NCBI GenBank assembly: GCA_964016885.1
Contig: OZ024755.1
Coordinates: forward strand, 1,922,001-1,986,000
Direction of reading: 5' to 3'
From: Eledone cirrhosa
Lineage: Eukaryota
Length of the DNA stretch: 64,000 nucleotides
The stretch's first letter is position 1; each line of letters opens with the position of its first letter. Below the pieces are notes generated by a model that made no database searches, had not been told where the DNA came from, and worked only from the letters and a program-made list of their open reading frames with translations. Positions 14,760 to 26,508 of this stretch are shown here, in pieces. The position numbers and the translations under genes were made by a program.

Positions 14760-15360
14760 CAAGCTCCTCTATACACTTCATAGTGCTCCTTGCTGACCTC
14801 GACACTTGTATCTGAGGAGATATCCAATACCCCACCTTACAAGGTCGCTACAGTGCCAGTCGCCTGCCACGCCATGCTGCTCTCAACGAGGTCATCAAGC
14901 ATGACTTGGATGCTGCAGGCTTTCTCTCCTAGCTGGAGCCTTCGGGGATGGACTGAGGGAATGGCAAAAGGCCATACGCCATCCCCATCTTCCTGTTCTT
15001 TGGTAGTAAACCTCTTGTCTGGGATGCCACATGCAGTGACACAATCTCCAATGGCAACCTGGTACAGTCTGCGACTAACCCAGGCTCTGCTATATTTCAA
15101 GCTGGGGAGGGTAAACTCTCCAAATATCGGTCACTCTCCGACAGGTTTGCAGTTGAGCACTTGCTAGCCGCATGTGTGAGCCTCCCGAGATGGAATGGCT
15201 CTTCCAGCGCATCTCCCTTACCATCCTCCAGGGAAACTCCTTCTTTATTCTGTCCACGGGATGGCCAGCACGTGGGACCCCGTTTGCTCATAATAGTGAG
15301 AGATGGGGAAGGCGATGACAGTGGGTGTTTGGTTCCTCTGTGTTCGGACCTGGTTTACAT
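14760..15360 (-). mobile_element. Degenerate GC-richer coding-like remnant, possibly a LINE ORF1 (gag-like)
   Basis: Broken frames with SIPEG/LQLGEKACSIQVM...RP...YLLRYKC, loosely like a LINE ORF1 zinc-knuckle region; stops and frameshifts. Confidence 0.3.
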
Positions 15361-15708
15361 GTGTGTGTAATTTTACACTTATTTTCGGTTTTTATAGGTG
15401 TGGATACGTTCATGTTGAAAAATTCTATGCACATGCGTACTGACGTTTAATGTTTTGCGCATGCGCGATTGTTGTAAATATTTCAGAAAAAAATGGCTGC
15501 GTAAATTTTAGGCGTATTTTCCAACCTGTAGAAAAAATAAACGTTAAAAACTTGGATTTTTACCATTTTTACGAAGGTAAAGTAAATCTTTATTTTATAT
15601 TGAAGCCTTTTATTGAAATATTGTATATTTATTTCCCTCCATAATGTCACCAATAACTAATTAAACGATAGTTTTGTTTAGCCATTGCTACCCCTCCTCG
15701 CGTATATA

Positions 15709-15908
15709 CAGGGCGACCACAAAAACACTCCTTGATTTCAAATACTTATAATATGAAAACTTAAATGAATATTCTTACAATATTGGTGGCTACAGTTGCA
15801 TAAACTAACAAAGTTTCATGTGGTGTTGGTTGATATCACATGTGGTATTGGTTGATATCACAGACACTCGATGTCTGCCCCTTTTGTTGGTCGGCAAAAG
15901 TCAATGCA
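15709..15908 (-). mobile_element. Tc1/mariner 3' end with TIR
   Basis: TA-cagggcgacc terminus; minus-strand IDFCRPTKGADIECL* resembles a mariner-type transposase C-terminus. Confidence 0.55.
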
Positions 15909-16354
15909 ATAATTGTTTCTACTCTTGGCACAAGGACAGCAATTATCCCTTTATTTTATCGACTCCGTAAGGATGAAAGGCAAAGCTAACTCCGGACTTT
16001 GCAGTGAGTGTTTTTGTGAATACCCTGCATACATATACATATATATACGTGATGTCCCAGAAAAATGTATACATACTTTCATTACCTGTACATATTTATT
16101 ATAATGCACAGCATTTCCCCAAAATATAATGATCTACAGACGTAATTCAATTGTATGTCTTTCTCTGATCGATCAACAAGAGCCCGGACCTCATTCGCTT
16201 GTCGAGTGGGGTGGAGCTCGTCAAATTGGACCGAGGAAACAATGTTTCCATTGGTCTTTCTATTGCTGATATTATCTACCGATCGCAACTCCTGTATATA
16301 TTATAGTACAGTTTATATATACATTATAATAGTGTATATATATATATCGTTCAC

Positions 16355-16880
16355 ACTTTTGTTGAGAGGTTTCAGGTCTCTGTCGATTATCTGGCGCCAG
16401 ATCATCTTGTGAGGTCCTCTACGTGTCTTTCCATGGGGGTGGGTACCAATACAGGACCTGACTAACATGTCTTTCACTTGGAAGTCATGTGAGATAGATT
16501 GACGGACAGGCAGGCCTACAGATAGATTAGACTTAGAAACTCCCTCATCTTGAGACACATGAGGCAACCAAAGTGCTCCAGCGACCACCATGGTCAATAC
16601 ATCGTTCCAACTTCTGTTTTGTTGACGGGTTTCAGGTCCCTGTCGATTATCTGTTGCCAGTTCATCTTGGGACATCCTCTTCGTTTCTTTCCATATGAAG
16701 GGGTATCAATACAGAAGCTTTGGTTCGTCCTCTTCGTCTCTTTTCACAGGAGTGGGTGTCAATACAGGACCTGATGAATCGCATTTGGGGGAGTCGTGTG
16801 AGATAGACAGGCAGACAGACAAATAGATATAGTTTCTTATTTAGACATTCTTGGGAGACGGGGTACCAATACAGATTTAC
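16355..16880 (-). mobile_element. Several diverged copies of an RTE LINE C-terminal fragment (another at about 17595-17665)
   Basis: QVLYWYP../GKTRRGPHKMIWRQIIDRDLKPLN, and RRGCPKMNWQQIID in a second copy; RWSTLVASCVS end. Confidence 0.6.
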
Positions 16881-19787
16881 ACGGAACAGACCCTTTGGGT
16901 CTCTCTCTCTCCTTCTCTCTGCTTAACTTTTAAACATGCTTTCCAACCTGTAGAAAAAATAAACGTTAAAATTTTGGATTTTTACCATTTTTACGAAGGT
17001 AAAGTATATCTTTATTTTATTCCAACTAACTTTGTATTTTTATTTCCCTTTGGATTATCATGTCTCTCGTTTGGGAGTCGTGTGAGACAGATTAGACTTA
17101 AAACTCCCACATAATTAAACGATAGCTTTGTTTAGCTATTGCAACCCTTCTCCCGTGTTAATGTATTTCTAATATAATACAACACTTCCCTACATATTTC
17201 AGTATATATAATAGAAAAAAACGAGCAAGTTTCGTTTACATATGAAAAATATTTATTACATATCGACCTGGTACGAGCGTTTCACAGATGATTGGCTGAA
17301 GGTGACCCATAGGAGTTATGGACCCGACTCCAGTATCGATCTGCTCGTCAGGATGGTGATATTACAAAAGATATATATACACTTTATTTCACGCTGCTCC
17401 TTGTCTAGATTTGCGACAGAGAGTATTAGCAATTGAAAAGAGCAATGGAAACATTGTTTCCTCGGTTCGATTTGACGAGCTCTACCCCACTCGTTAAACG
17501 AATGAAGTATTGGATCTTGTCGATATATATATATGCATGTGTTTGTGATGCACACAATTTAATGAAATAAAGTTTAACATAGATTTTTTTTTGTTTGGCA
17601 CTAGTTCATCTTGGGACATCCTCTTCGTCTCTTCCCATAGGAGGGGGATACCAATACAGATTTAAAAAGTAGACCCTTTGGGTCCTACTCTCTCTTTCGA
17701 CCGAAGTTCTTTACATCAACAGAAATATAGTAAATACAACTTTAATAATACTTTTAGAAAGACATCTTAACAAAAAACGTCACACGATTCATCGATGTTC
17801 ATTTCTTTCTTCCTCGTGTATTTTCATATAACTTCGGTGTAAATTATATTTAATAAATTAGTAACATACCGGCTTTGTGTATCGTCATTTGTTTTATATA
17901 TTTCATTTCCCGTGTGATCAAGGAAGCAACATATCATGATGATAATGAACACGCATTTCATTTATTTTTGACACTTTCAAAAACATACATTTCATCTTAA
18001 TGAACACTGTTATTTACTTACACCCCCGCAATCTCTGGTCACACTGTATATATATATATATATATATATATATTTCATTTCCTACGTGATCATCATCATC
18101 TTAATTAACACTGATACTTACTTGCACACATGCAATCTCTGGCCACACTATATCAGGCACATCAAATTTCTCTAGCCTACACTCCCACAATAGTGAGCAC
18201 ACACATAATAAATGAATGAACGCCACAACACAACCAACCATTCGATTCGCTATATATATATATATCAATAAAAATAATCCGAGGTCATATTCATTTGGTT
18301 TTTGTTTATGAAAATCCGTAACTTCACAACCGACAGATCATTATGTGGTCCTCACACCGTTGTTTAATTGGCAACGTAAGTATTTAAATATATATCTTTA
18401 TATTTATGTACATAATAAGACAAAACTGGAAGAATTTGATGAAGTTTAAAATTTTTTTATTGACAACGTATGTAAATGATTTTCATAGTTTTTCTTATTT
18501 CATTTTTCTTACAGATGTCCAGAGTTCTCGGTCAACCTGCTGTGTTGTTTGCCGTAACCACTGAGGGAAAGTTTTCACAAGTGGAAGTTTCCTGAATAGT
18601 GATGAAGTGTCTGTTAATAAAAAAAATGTTTACATATTATTTACAAATTGTATGAAAAAAGATTTTGTTAATAAAATAATCTTTGCACATTATTTACGAG
18701 TTGTGATTATTTAGGAGAAAAAATGTAAAAAATTCTACATATTGTATACGATTTGGGTTGTTACTTTGACAATGAAAAAAATTAGCCTAATAAATGGCTT
18801 CTAATGACTTCTCTTTGTAAAAAGTAAGGGAAGCAACTATTTAAAATATTTTTTTAAATTTCAATCACAGAGGGGGCCCCCCGTTAATTTTTTTTTTTAT
18901 TTCTCCACTTTAGAGGCATCAGTTCCTCGATCCATGCTTTTAACCATGCATGAGTATCTGATGTCTCTAAAGTGGAGAAATAAAAAAAAAACAAAATGGC
19001 GTCCCGTTTTATATAGATTTTTTTTCGACATTTTCAAAGATATTCTTAGTTTCTTTTAGTTTCTTTATTTAGAAACTTCATACACTTACGTTCTTTTTAG
19101 TACGTCTTACACAGTTTCTTGTGGACTTGATTTCATCATCATTTTACGTCAGCTTTTCCCTGCTTGCAAGGAAATTTTTGTCAAAGTAAAATGAACACAA
19201 TTCGTATATAATATGTAAACTTTCTTTATTCATTTTTGTCAAAATAAAATAAAATAAAATAAAAATTTTCTTGATTAACAGAAACTACGCCATTCCCACT
19301 TGATACGGCAGACAGCACAGGATATGAACTTGAAGGCTGGACATCTGTAAAAAGAAATGAACATAAGTTATCAATAAAAAGAATATTAAACTTGATAAAA
19401 TTCATCCAATTTTGTCTTTTATTATATATACATTCTTAGTTTCCTTATTTAAATGTATATATAATTGTTTCTACTTTTGGCACAAGGCCAGCAATTAATC
19501 AGTACATTACTGGTACTTTATTTATATCGACCCCGTAAGGATGAAAGGCAAAGTTAATCTCGACGGGATTTGAACTGAGATCGAGGTTAACTTTGCCTTT
19601 CACCCTTACGGGGTCTATAAAATAAAGTACCAGTAATCTACTGAGTAATTTGCTGGCCTTGTGCCAAATGTAGAAACAATTATATATACATTTATTTAGA
19701 GGAAACTAAGAATGTTAATGAAGTGTTGAAAAGGAACAAAGAAAGTAAATGAAGACACTAAGAATGTAAATGGTTCTATGTTACAGA

Positions 19788-20550
19788 GGAGAAATTCAAA
19801 ACTTGGAAGCAGGGACTAGAAAGAAAGGGTCTCAAAGTCAACATGACAAAGACTAAGGACAAGAAAACAGAACCCAGCTCCCCTAAGGGAAATGGCCTTG
19901 CTCAGTATGTAGGAACCCCATTTTCTGCCCCAAATGCAAACAATGGGTACACAAGAAATGTAGCGGGATCTCAGGAAGCTTAATTAAGAATGTAGGCTTC
20001 ACATGCAGCAGCTGTGCTGGGACAGCAAGCAGCAAGCAGGAAACAAGTACCACCAATCTCTGGGAGGGCTCTGTAGAAACGGTGGACAGCTTCTGCTACC
20101 TAGATGACCGAATTAGCATCGGAGTTGGGTGTTCAGAAAGTACAATAACTAGGGTAAGAACGGGATGGAAGAAGTTCAGGGAGCTACTGCCACTGCTAGC
20201 TGCAAAAGGCTTCTCCCTCAAAATGAAAGGCAGACCGTATGATGCGTGTATACAAACAGCAATGTTGCATGGTAGTGAGACCCGGGCGCTGAAGGTGGAA
20301 GACTTACGTAGATTAGAGAGAAACGAAGCCTGCATGCTCCGATGGATGTGTAACAGTAATATACGCGAACGACAAAGCATAAATGAATTGAGAGAGAGAC
20401 TGAGCATAAGAGGAATCAAATGTTGTGTGCAGGAGAGGCGGTTGCATTGGTATGGACATGTGATGCGTATGAAGGATGACAGCTGCAGAGCACTAGAAGT
20501 TGATGGAAACCGCGGAGTGGGGAGACCCAAGAAGACCTGGGATGAGGTGA
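19788..20550 (+). mobile_element. RTE-clade LINE, 5'-truncated ORF remnant
   Basis: KFKTWKQGLERKGLKVNMTKTK; GKWPCSVC..CKQWVHKKCSGI; VDSFCYL...RVRTGWKKFRELLPLL...RRLHWYGHVMRM...GRPKKTWDEV. Confidence 0.9.
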
Positions 20551-20689
20551 CCTTACCCAATTACACCTCTCAAAGGCGATGACACACGACCGTGACCTCT
20601 GACGTCACGCAGTAATACAGAATACCCGACCTCCCATGGGTACAAGCTGAAGCATATAGACAATATGCCTCCACACCCTCCCCCTGCAA

Positions 20690-20901
20690 GGTGGTCGTGG
20701 AGGTGCCACGGAAAAAGCACCCAGCACTCACTGTAAATGAGGTTAGTGTTAGGAAGGGCATCCAGCTGTAGAAATCAAGCCAAAATCAGTTCCTGTATGA
20801 GCAAGGCATGGTCAGCCGACCAGACACTGCCCACAACAGGACAACCCGTCTAACCCATGCTAGCATGGAAGAACGGAAGTAAAACGGTTATGATGATGAT
20901 G
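20690..20901 (+). mobile_element. SINE with RTE-type tail
   Basis: gtgttaggaagggcatccagctgtagaaa...ctaacccatgctagcatggaa...(gat)n tail; family also at about 49395-49555 (-), 50285-50475 (-), 53800-53855 (+), 59745-59790 (-), with tails at 28675, 37510 and 52000. Confidence 0.75.
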
Positions 20902-22120
20902 TTACGTAGGTTAAAGTGATATCGATCTAGTTAACACCGATCAACAGTTAATCTTTGATTACGATGAAATCTAAAATAAATTCGTTCAAAACTTAAGTCG
21001 TCGAGCTTTACAATCGTGAGTTCGATTCTCAGACCGGACTTTGCGTTGTATTCTTGAGCAAGACACTTTATTTCACGTTGCTCCAAATCACACAGTAGAA
21101 ATTAGTTGGACAACAAAAGGTTTCTTTCTACGTTCAAAAGAACAAGCTGCCATGCTTCATTGGGTGTGAAAGAAATAAAGATAATAAAAATGTAGCTGTA
21201 TATAGAGGTTTCTTAGAAGGAAAGGTATATTCCTGTATAGAGAAGGTTTATATATTTTTCTTAGTAGACAGTATATAGCTTTATATGAATGTCTCTAAAA
21301 AGAGAAGATAGTAAAACGTATCTGCTAGTGTTGACAAGGTTTACTATGTATTTAATAGAGAAAGATCTACAGAATGATGTTTATTGAAAAAAATTTGAGT
21401 TATATTTCTTAGAAAGTATGTATATAGTGTCGAGATGGCTTAGTTTAGTGTCGAGATGGCTTAGTTTAGTTTCTTAGAAGAGGTAAGACTATTTGTATGT
21501 GTAGTTTGTTTTTTTATTTAATTTAAAAGAAAGCATGTGTCGAGAGGGTGAAGATGTTCCAGAAAGACACATAAAATACCTCTTCACAGGAACACAATAT
21601 CCAAAGTGTGAGAGTTATTGACATAAAGTGTGTATTTAATAAAATGTAAGATAGTTCGAGTGTAGAGTAAAGAAAACATAACATACCTCCATACACGTGG
21701 AAAGTAATATCCAAAATGAATATTTTTCAAAGAACCGGAAGTCAATCGAAAAAAAAGAAGAGTTCCATAAAGTGGAAGTAACTCTAAATAAAGGAAGAGC
21801 AAAAATGATTGCTTGAGCGGTCCAGCATATAGCAAACTGCAAATAGTTCGGGCTGCGTGCCCTCGATTCGATCTTCCGACACAGAATGGCCACGCCATAT
21901 ATAAGTAGACGATGAAGTCCGAAACGCTACCCGTGTCGCCACGCGGAACCGCAATAATTCTCTGTAAATTAGTCAAACTTATAGCTAAAATTTTGTTTGT
22001 TTTTTTAAAAAAAATATAGAAGTGGAATGAAAGCTAGATAACACGCCTCCAAATATATTCCGTGTGTTACCTTACTCTCATTCTGTTTCTATATATAAAT
22101 TAATTAAAACACTACTAGTA

Positions 22121-22512
22121 CAAGGTGAATCAAAATTATGTTAACACTTTTCTGTTCTGTTACAGATAGACGTGCTTTTCTCGATCAAACACTTCCAAAT
22201 CGTTGGACAGGTCACGGTGGACCATTGACATGGCCTGCACACTCCCCTGACCTGACACCCTGTGACTTCTGGTTATGGGTCATGGTAAAGGAGCGCGTGT
22301 ATAGCAAAAAAGTTAGAGACATCGATGAACTCAAGGACAGAATACAAGGTGTCATATCAAGTATTCCCCACGTGTGTCAAGGCACTAATTTGTACTGTTG
22401 ATCGCTGGTTTTTGTGTATTGATCCTGCTGGTGACCAGGCTGAGACTGTTCAGTAAATTCTGAATAAATGATTTCTCCCATACTAGTGTTAACATAATTT
22501 TGACTCGCCCTG
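22121..22512 (+). mobile_element. Internally deleted Tc1/mariner element (maT/DD37D-like)
   Basis: TA|caaggtgaatcaaaattatgttaacact ... agtgttaacataattttgactcgccctg|TA TIRs; RAFLDQTLPNRWTGHGGPLTWPAHSPDLTPCDFWLWVMVKERVY. Confidence 0.92.
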
Positions 22513-22817
22513 TATTTAGTAGATATATGCCGAACAATTAATATATAAGTTAATATACATGTTTCTGTAAATTAAAAAATTAGTATATATAAAGTTTGTT
22601 CTAAGTTTATCATCTCCCTCGATAGGATACCGGTCTATCGCAGGATTAACTCCTTAATTACTGAGTGTACTGCAACAACATGAAATAAAGTTTTTTTTCT
22701 TTTACACTTGAGTGAGTTGGCTGCTAACAACACAGAAAGAAGTATACAGCAGATTTCTTCCAGAGAAAGCTTTTAACAAAGTCCCCTGTTCCATTATCTG
22801 GAGTGAGAGAGACAGGC

Positions 22818-23303
22818 TAGGTTTAACTGGCCGTAGATCCTACGAGAAGTTTATGATCTTAAACTGCTTATTTCGCCATCTGACCTGGCATTGACCAAGG
22901 TTTAGTTAGCTGTAGAGGACCAGGGTTTAGCTGGCCCTAGAAAAGCCTACAAGCAAACCACGCCCTAAAGCCGTTACTTTCATCCTCTACCCTGGCATTG
23001 GCCATGATTTAGTTGGCCATAAGGAAATATACACCCTAAAACTACTTCTTTCATCCTCTCACATTGTCTAGGGTTTAGCTGGGCGTAGGAGAACCTTAAA
23101 ATTGTTTTTTTTTGTTTGCTAACAAACCATGACCGCGTTTTATCTGACCATAGGCAATCATGTGAGAAACATATGCCTTAAAACTCTCTTTCACCTGCTA
23201 ACCTGGTATTCACTGAGGTTAACCTGGCTGTAGAAGATTCTATGAGAAGTATATGCCCTGAAATTGCTTTTTTCACCTTCTATTACTTTAGCCTGGCAAT
23301 GAC
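22818..23303 (+). repeat. Degenerate ~82-bp tandem repeat, block 1
   Basis: Consensus cctggcattgaccaaggtttagctggccgtagaggatcctacgagaagtatacgtccttaaactgcttc... Confidence 0.8.
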
Positions 23304-23967
23304 ATAATTTGACTTTGTAACATATATATACTCTTACTAGTAACAAAATTCTGGCTAAACCTATTTCTGATTCATAGTTTAAAAAAAAATCCTTGACATC
23401 ATCACACTAACAATTTTCTTGTGAAAAAATATGTCACATATATGTCTTCCAAACGGATTACTTCCATTCATTTTGTTTACATATATATTAATTTTAACAA
23501 ATTAAAAATATAGACTCTTTATCTCCATACAGATGTCAGTCCAGCCACACTGACATTTATTAGTAAGTGGAAGACAACAAATATGTTAACAAATGTGAAT
23601 AATACATAAATGGTTAATTAAACTGATATTTTTTATTAGTGTTCTATATGTTAGTGAATGACAGGTACACTGGTTCTCAACAACACCCAGATCGTGGCAT
23701 GCTAAACTTTGTGAGGGGTGGGACACTTGGAGCGGAGATGGGCACTGTCAAATATTTTTAAGGTTGGCTGAACTGTCATGATGAAGACACAGTAAAACAT
23801 ACAAAATAGCACCCCAAAAGATGGCTACAACAGCTATGGGAAACTGATGTATATTAGGGCTCTCACTAATTTTGCATAATGTTCATTTGAGTAAGATTTA
23901 CAATATATATGATCTCACTAATATGCAGCATTGTTGTTTGTTTACACACATCATACAATATGTCCAT

Positions 23968-24262
23968 CATTCTGAGGGAAAACCTTTTGTAGCTAGCAGT
24001 GGTAGTAGCTCCCTGAACTTTTTCCATCCCGTTCTCATTCTGGCTACTGTACTTTTGAAACACTCTCCTCCACTGATTTAGTCATCCAGGTAATGGAAAC
24101 AGTTGACTATTTCTACAGAGCCCTCTGGGCATTTTAAGAAGTTACTATCCTATGAGCTCTTGCTACTGAGATCCCACTAAATCTCTTGTGCACCCATAGT
24201 TTGCATTTGGAACATATTTCTACCTACTCCTTTCCTGCACACAGAGAAAGGCCATTCCCTAA
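23968..24262 (-). mobile_element. RTE LINE fragment, same family as 19788 in opposite orientation
   Basis: Reverse strand RMRTGWKKFRELLPLLATKGFPL, preceded by WVHKR and WPFSVC remnants. Confidence 0.8.
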
Positions 24263-25339
24263 CAAATGCCAAGTAGAGGGGTTTACCTTTTAACTAGGTA
24301 CTATATATATGCTGTGTTATTTGCCGTAACCACTGAGGGAATGTTTTTACAAGTCAAAGTTTCCTGAACAGTGATGAAGTGACTGTTAATAAAAAAAATG
24401 TTTACATATTATTTATGAAATGAATGAAAAAAGATTTTGTTAATAAAAAAATCTTTACACATTATTTACGAATTGTGTTCAGTATATTTTGAGAAAAAAA
24501 TATATTAAAAGTTCTACATATTGTGTTGTTTACTTTGGCAATGAAAAAATTAGCCTAATAAATGGCTCCTAATTACTTCTCTTTGTAAGAAAGGGGTAAC
24601 TCTTTTCTAAAAAGAAAAGAATAATACTGAACAGTTACTTCCTAGTTCAATCGCAGAAGGAACACCCTTTAATTTTTCCACTTTAACGACACCACTTACA
24701 CATACGTGGTGCTAGGAATTCATTGTGTAACTGGCAACGCTGAAGTTCAGAAATTTAAAAAAAAATCAAGGGAGGTAACTCTTTTAAAATAAGAGTTGTT
24801 TCTCTTGAACAGTATTCAATGTAAATGAAGTGTCTTCAAAAAGAAAATCTATATGAAACGAGCGTTTTGTGAAAAGTCAAAAAAGAATCTATATGAAAAG
24901 CGTGTTTAGTAAAAATGAATTCTTAAAATTCCAAAACAAACATTTCATATAGAGTTTTAGCAAAAACTCTGCGAAGGCCGCAATTCTTGTGAATACTCAT
25001 ACTTATGGGTACTTTTCACAATTAAAAAAAAAAATATATATAAACGAAACGAATGGAGGTATTTCCGTATTCGGAATAAATATATTTTAGCAAGGAAATT
25101 ATTAGCGCATTGGTGGTATTGTGATGATGAAGGATTCAATCTCTGGATTCTTTTTTTCTTTAAATTATGAAATTATATTCATTAGAAACATCGTCTTGAA
25201 ACCAACCAACGCACTAACAATTTTCCTATGAAAATCTGTATTCCGAACGAATTACCTCCATTCATTTCGTTTATATTTTTTTCAATGAATAATCACTTAC
25301 CTCCGTATAGACGAGAGAGTCCAGCAACATTAATGACGT

Positions 25340-25795
25340 GGTACTGACCAGCGTTTAGTTGGCCGTAGGACATCCTATACAACGTATACGCTATAAAACT
25401 GCTTCTTTGACGACAGGAGATACTATGTGAAGTATATGCTTCTCTGGCCCTCTAAGCTTGTAGTGACTAGGGTTCAGCTGGCCGTAGGAAATACTATGGG
25501 AAGTATGCATTCTAAAACTGCTTCTTTCACCCTCTAACTTGACATTGACCAGGGTTTAGCTGGCCGTAGAGGATCGTACGAGATGTTTATGCCCTTAAAA
25601 TGCTTCAATCGCCCTATCACGACATTGATCAAGGTTTAGCTGACTGTAGAGGATCCTACGATCAGTAGATGGCCTTAAACTGCTTATTTTGCCATCTAAC
25701 CTGGCATTGACCAAGGTTTAACTGACAGTAGAGGATCCCACGAAAAGTATACGTCCTTAAACTGCTTCAATCACCCTCTCACCTGGAATTGACCA
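25340..25795 (+). repeat. Degenerate ~82-bp tandem repeat, block 2
   Basis: Same consensus as block 1, about 5-6 units. Confidence 0.85.
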
Positions 25796-26207
25796 ACTGT
25801 GGAGGAGGGTGGTTTTGGTGTCATATGTACTAGGGGTGACATATGGACAATCAACTGCACACACATGTAGAGTGGAACAGTCATAAGCAATGAAAACATC
25901 ATATGTCTTTAGCCTGGATTACTTCCCATGAAGGGAACTAGAAATATATTATTTACCAACTTAAATAATAAAGAAATACGCTAAATTCTATTTCATATGG
26001 GAGGTGTAGTATTAGATACACCAGGTTTAAATAATTATTGCTGACATTTATGGAAGGAAATAAACAGAAAATGTCAACATTATGTGCAGTCGCAGTGGCT
26101 TTTCAATCGTGAGTTCGATTCTCAGACCGGACTTGGTTAGTTTCATAACCAGTTGTTTATTGTTAAAGTTCTTTCTTCCCACATTGTGACTAATTTATTT
26201 TGTGTCT

Positions 26208-26508
26208 CTTTAGCTGGCCGTAGAGGATCCTACGAGAAGTATACGTCCTTAAACTGCACCAATCATCTCACCTGGCATCGACCAAGGCTTAGCTGGTCCT
26301 AGAGGACCCTATGAGAATTTTACGCCCTTAATCTGTTCATACGACATCGAACCTGGCATTGACCAAGGTTTACCTAGCGGTAGAGGATCCCACGAGAAGT
26401 ATACGTCCTTAAACTGCTCCCTTTGCACTATAAACAGGCGCACACTATGGTTTAGCTGGCCGTAGAGGATAGTTAAACTGCTCCAATCACTCTCATCTGG
26501 TTGACCAG
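26208..26508 (+). repeat. Degenerate ~82-bp tandem repeat, block 3
   Basis: Same consensus, about 4 units; followed by the same gacca.ctgtggagga..gtggttttg flank as block 2. Confidence 0.85.

Noticed and set aside
21888-21930. gatgaagtccgaaac as a hammerhead
   Set aside because: Lacks the CTGA core and a stem II
22818-26508. ~82-bp repeat as a decayed C2H2 zinc-finger array or RTE coding repeat (RRILYGQL in one frame)
   Set aside because: No Cys/His pattern, the unit does not preserve frame, and the RTE-like peptide is too short to rely on
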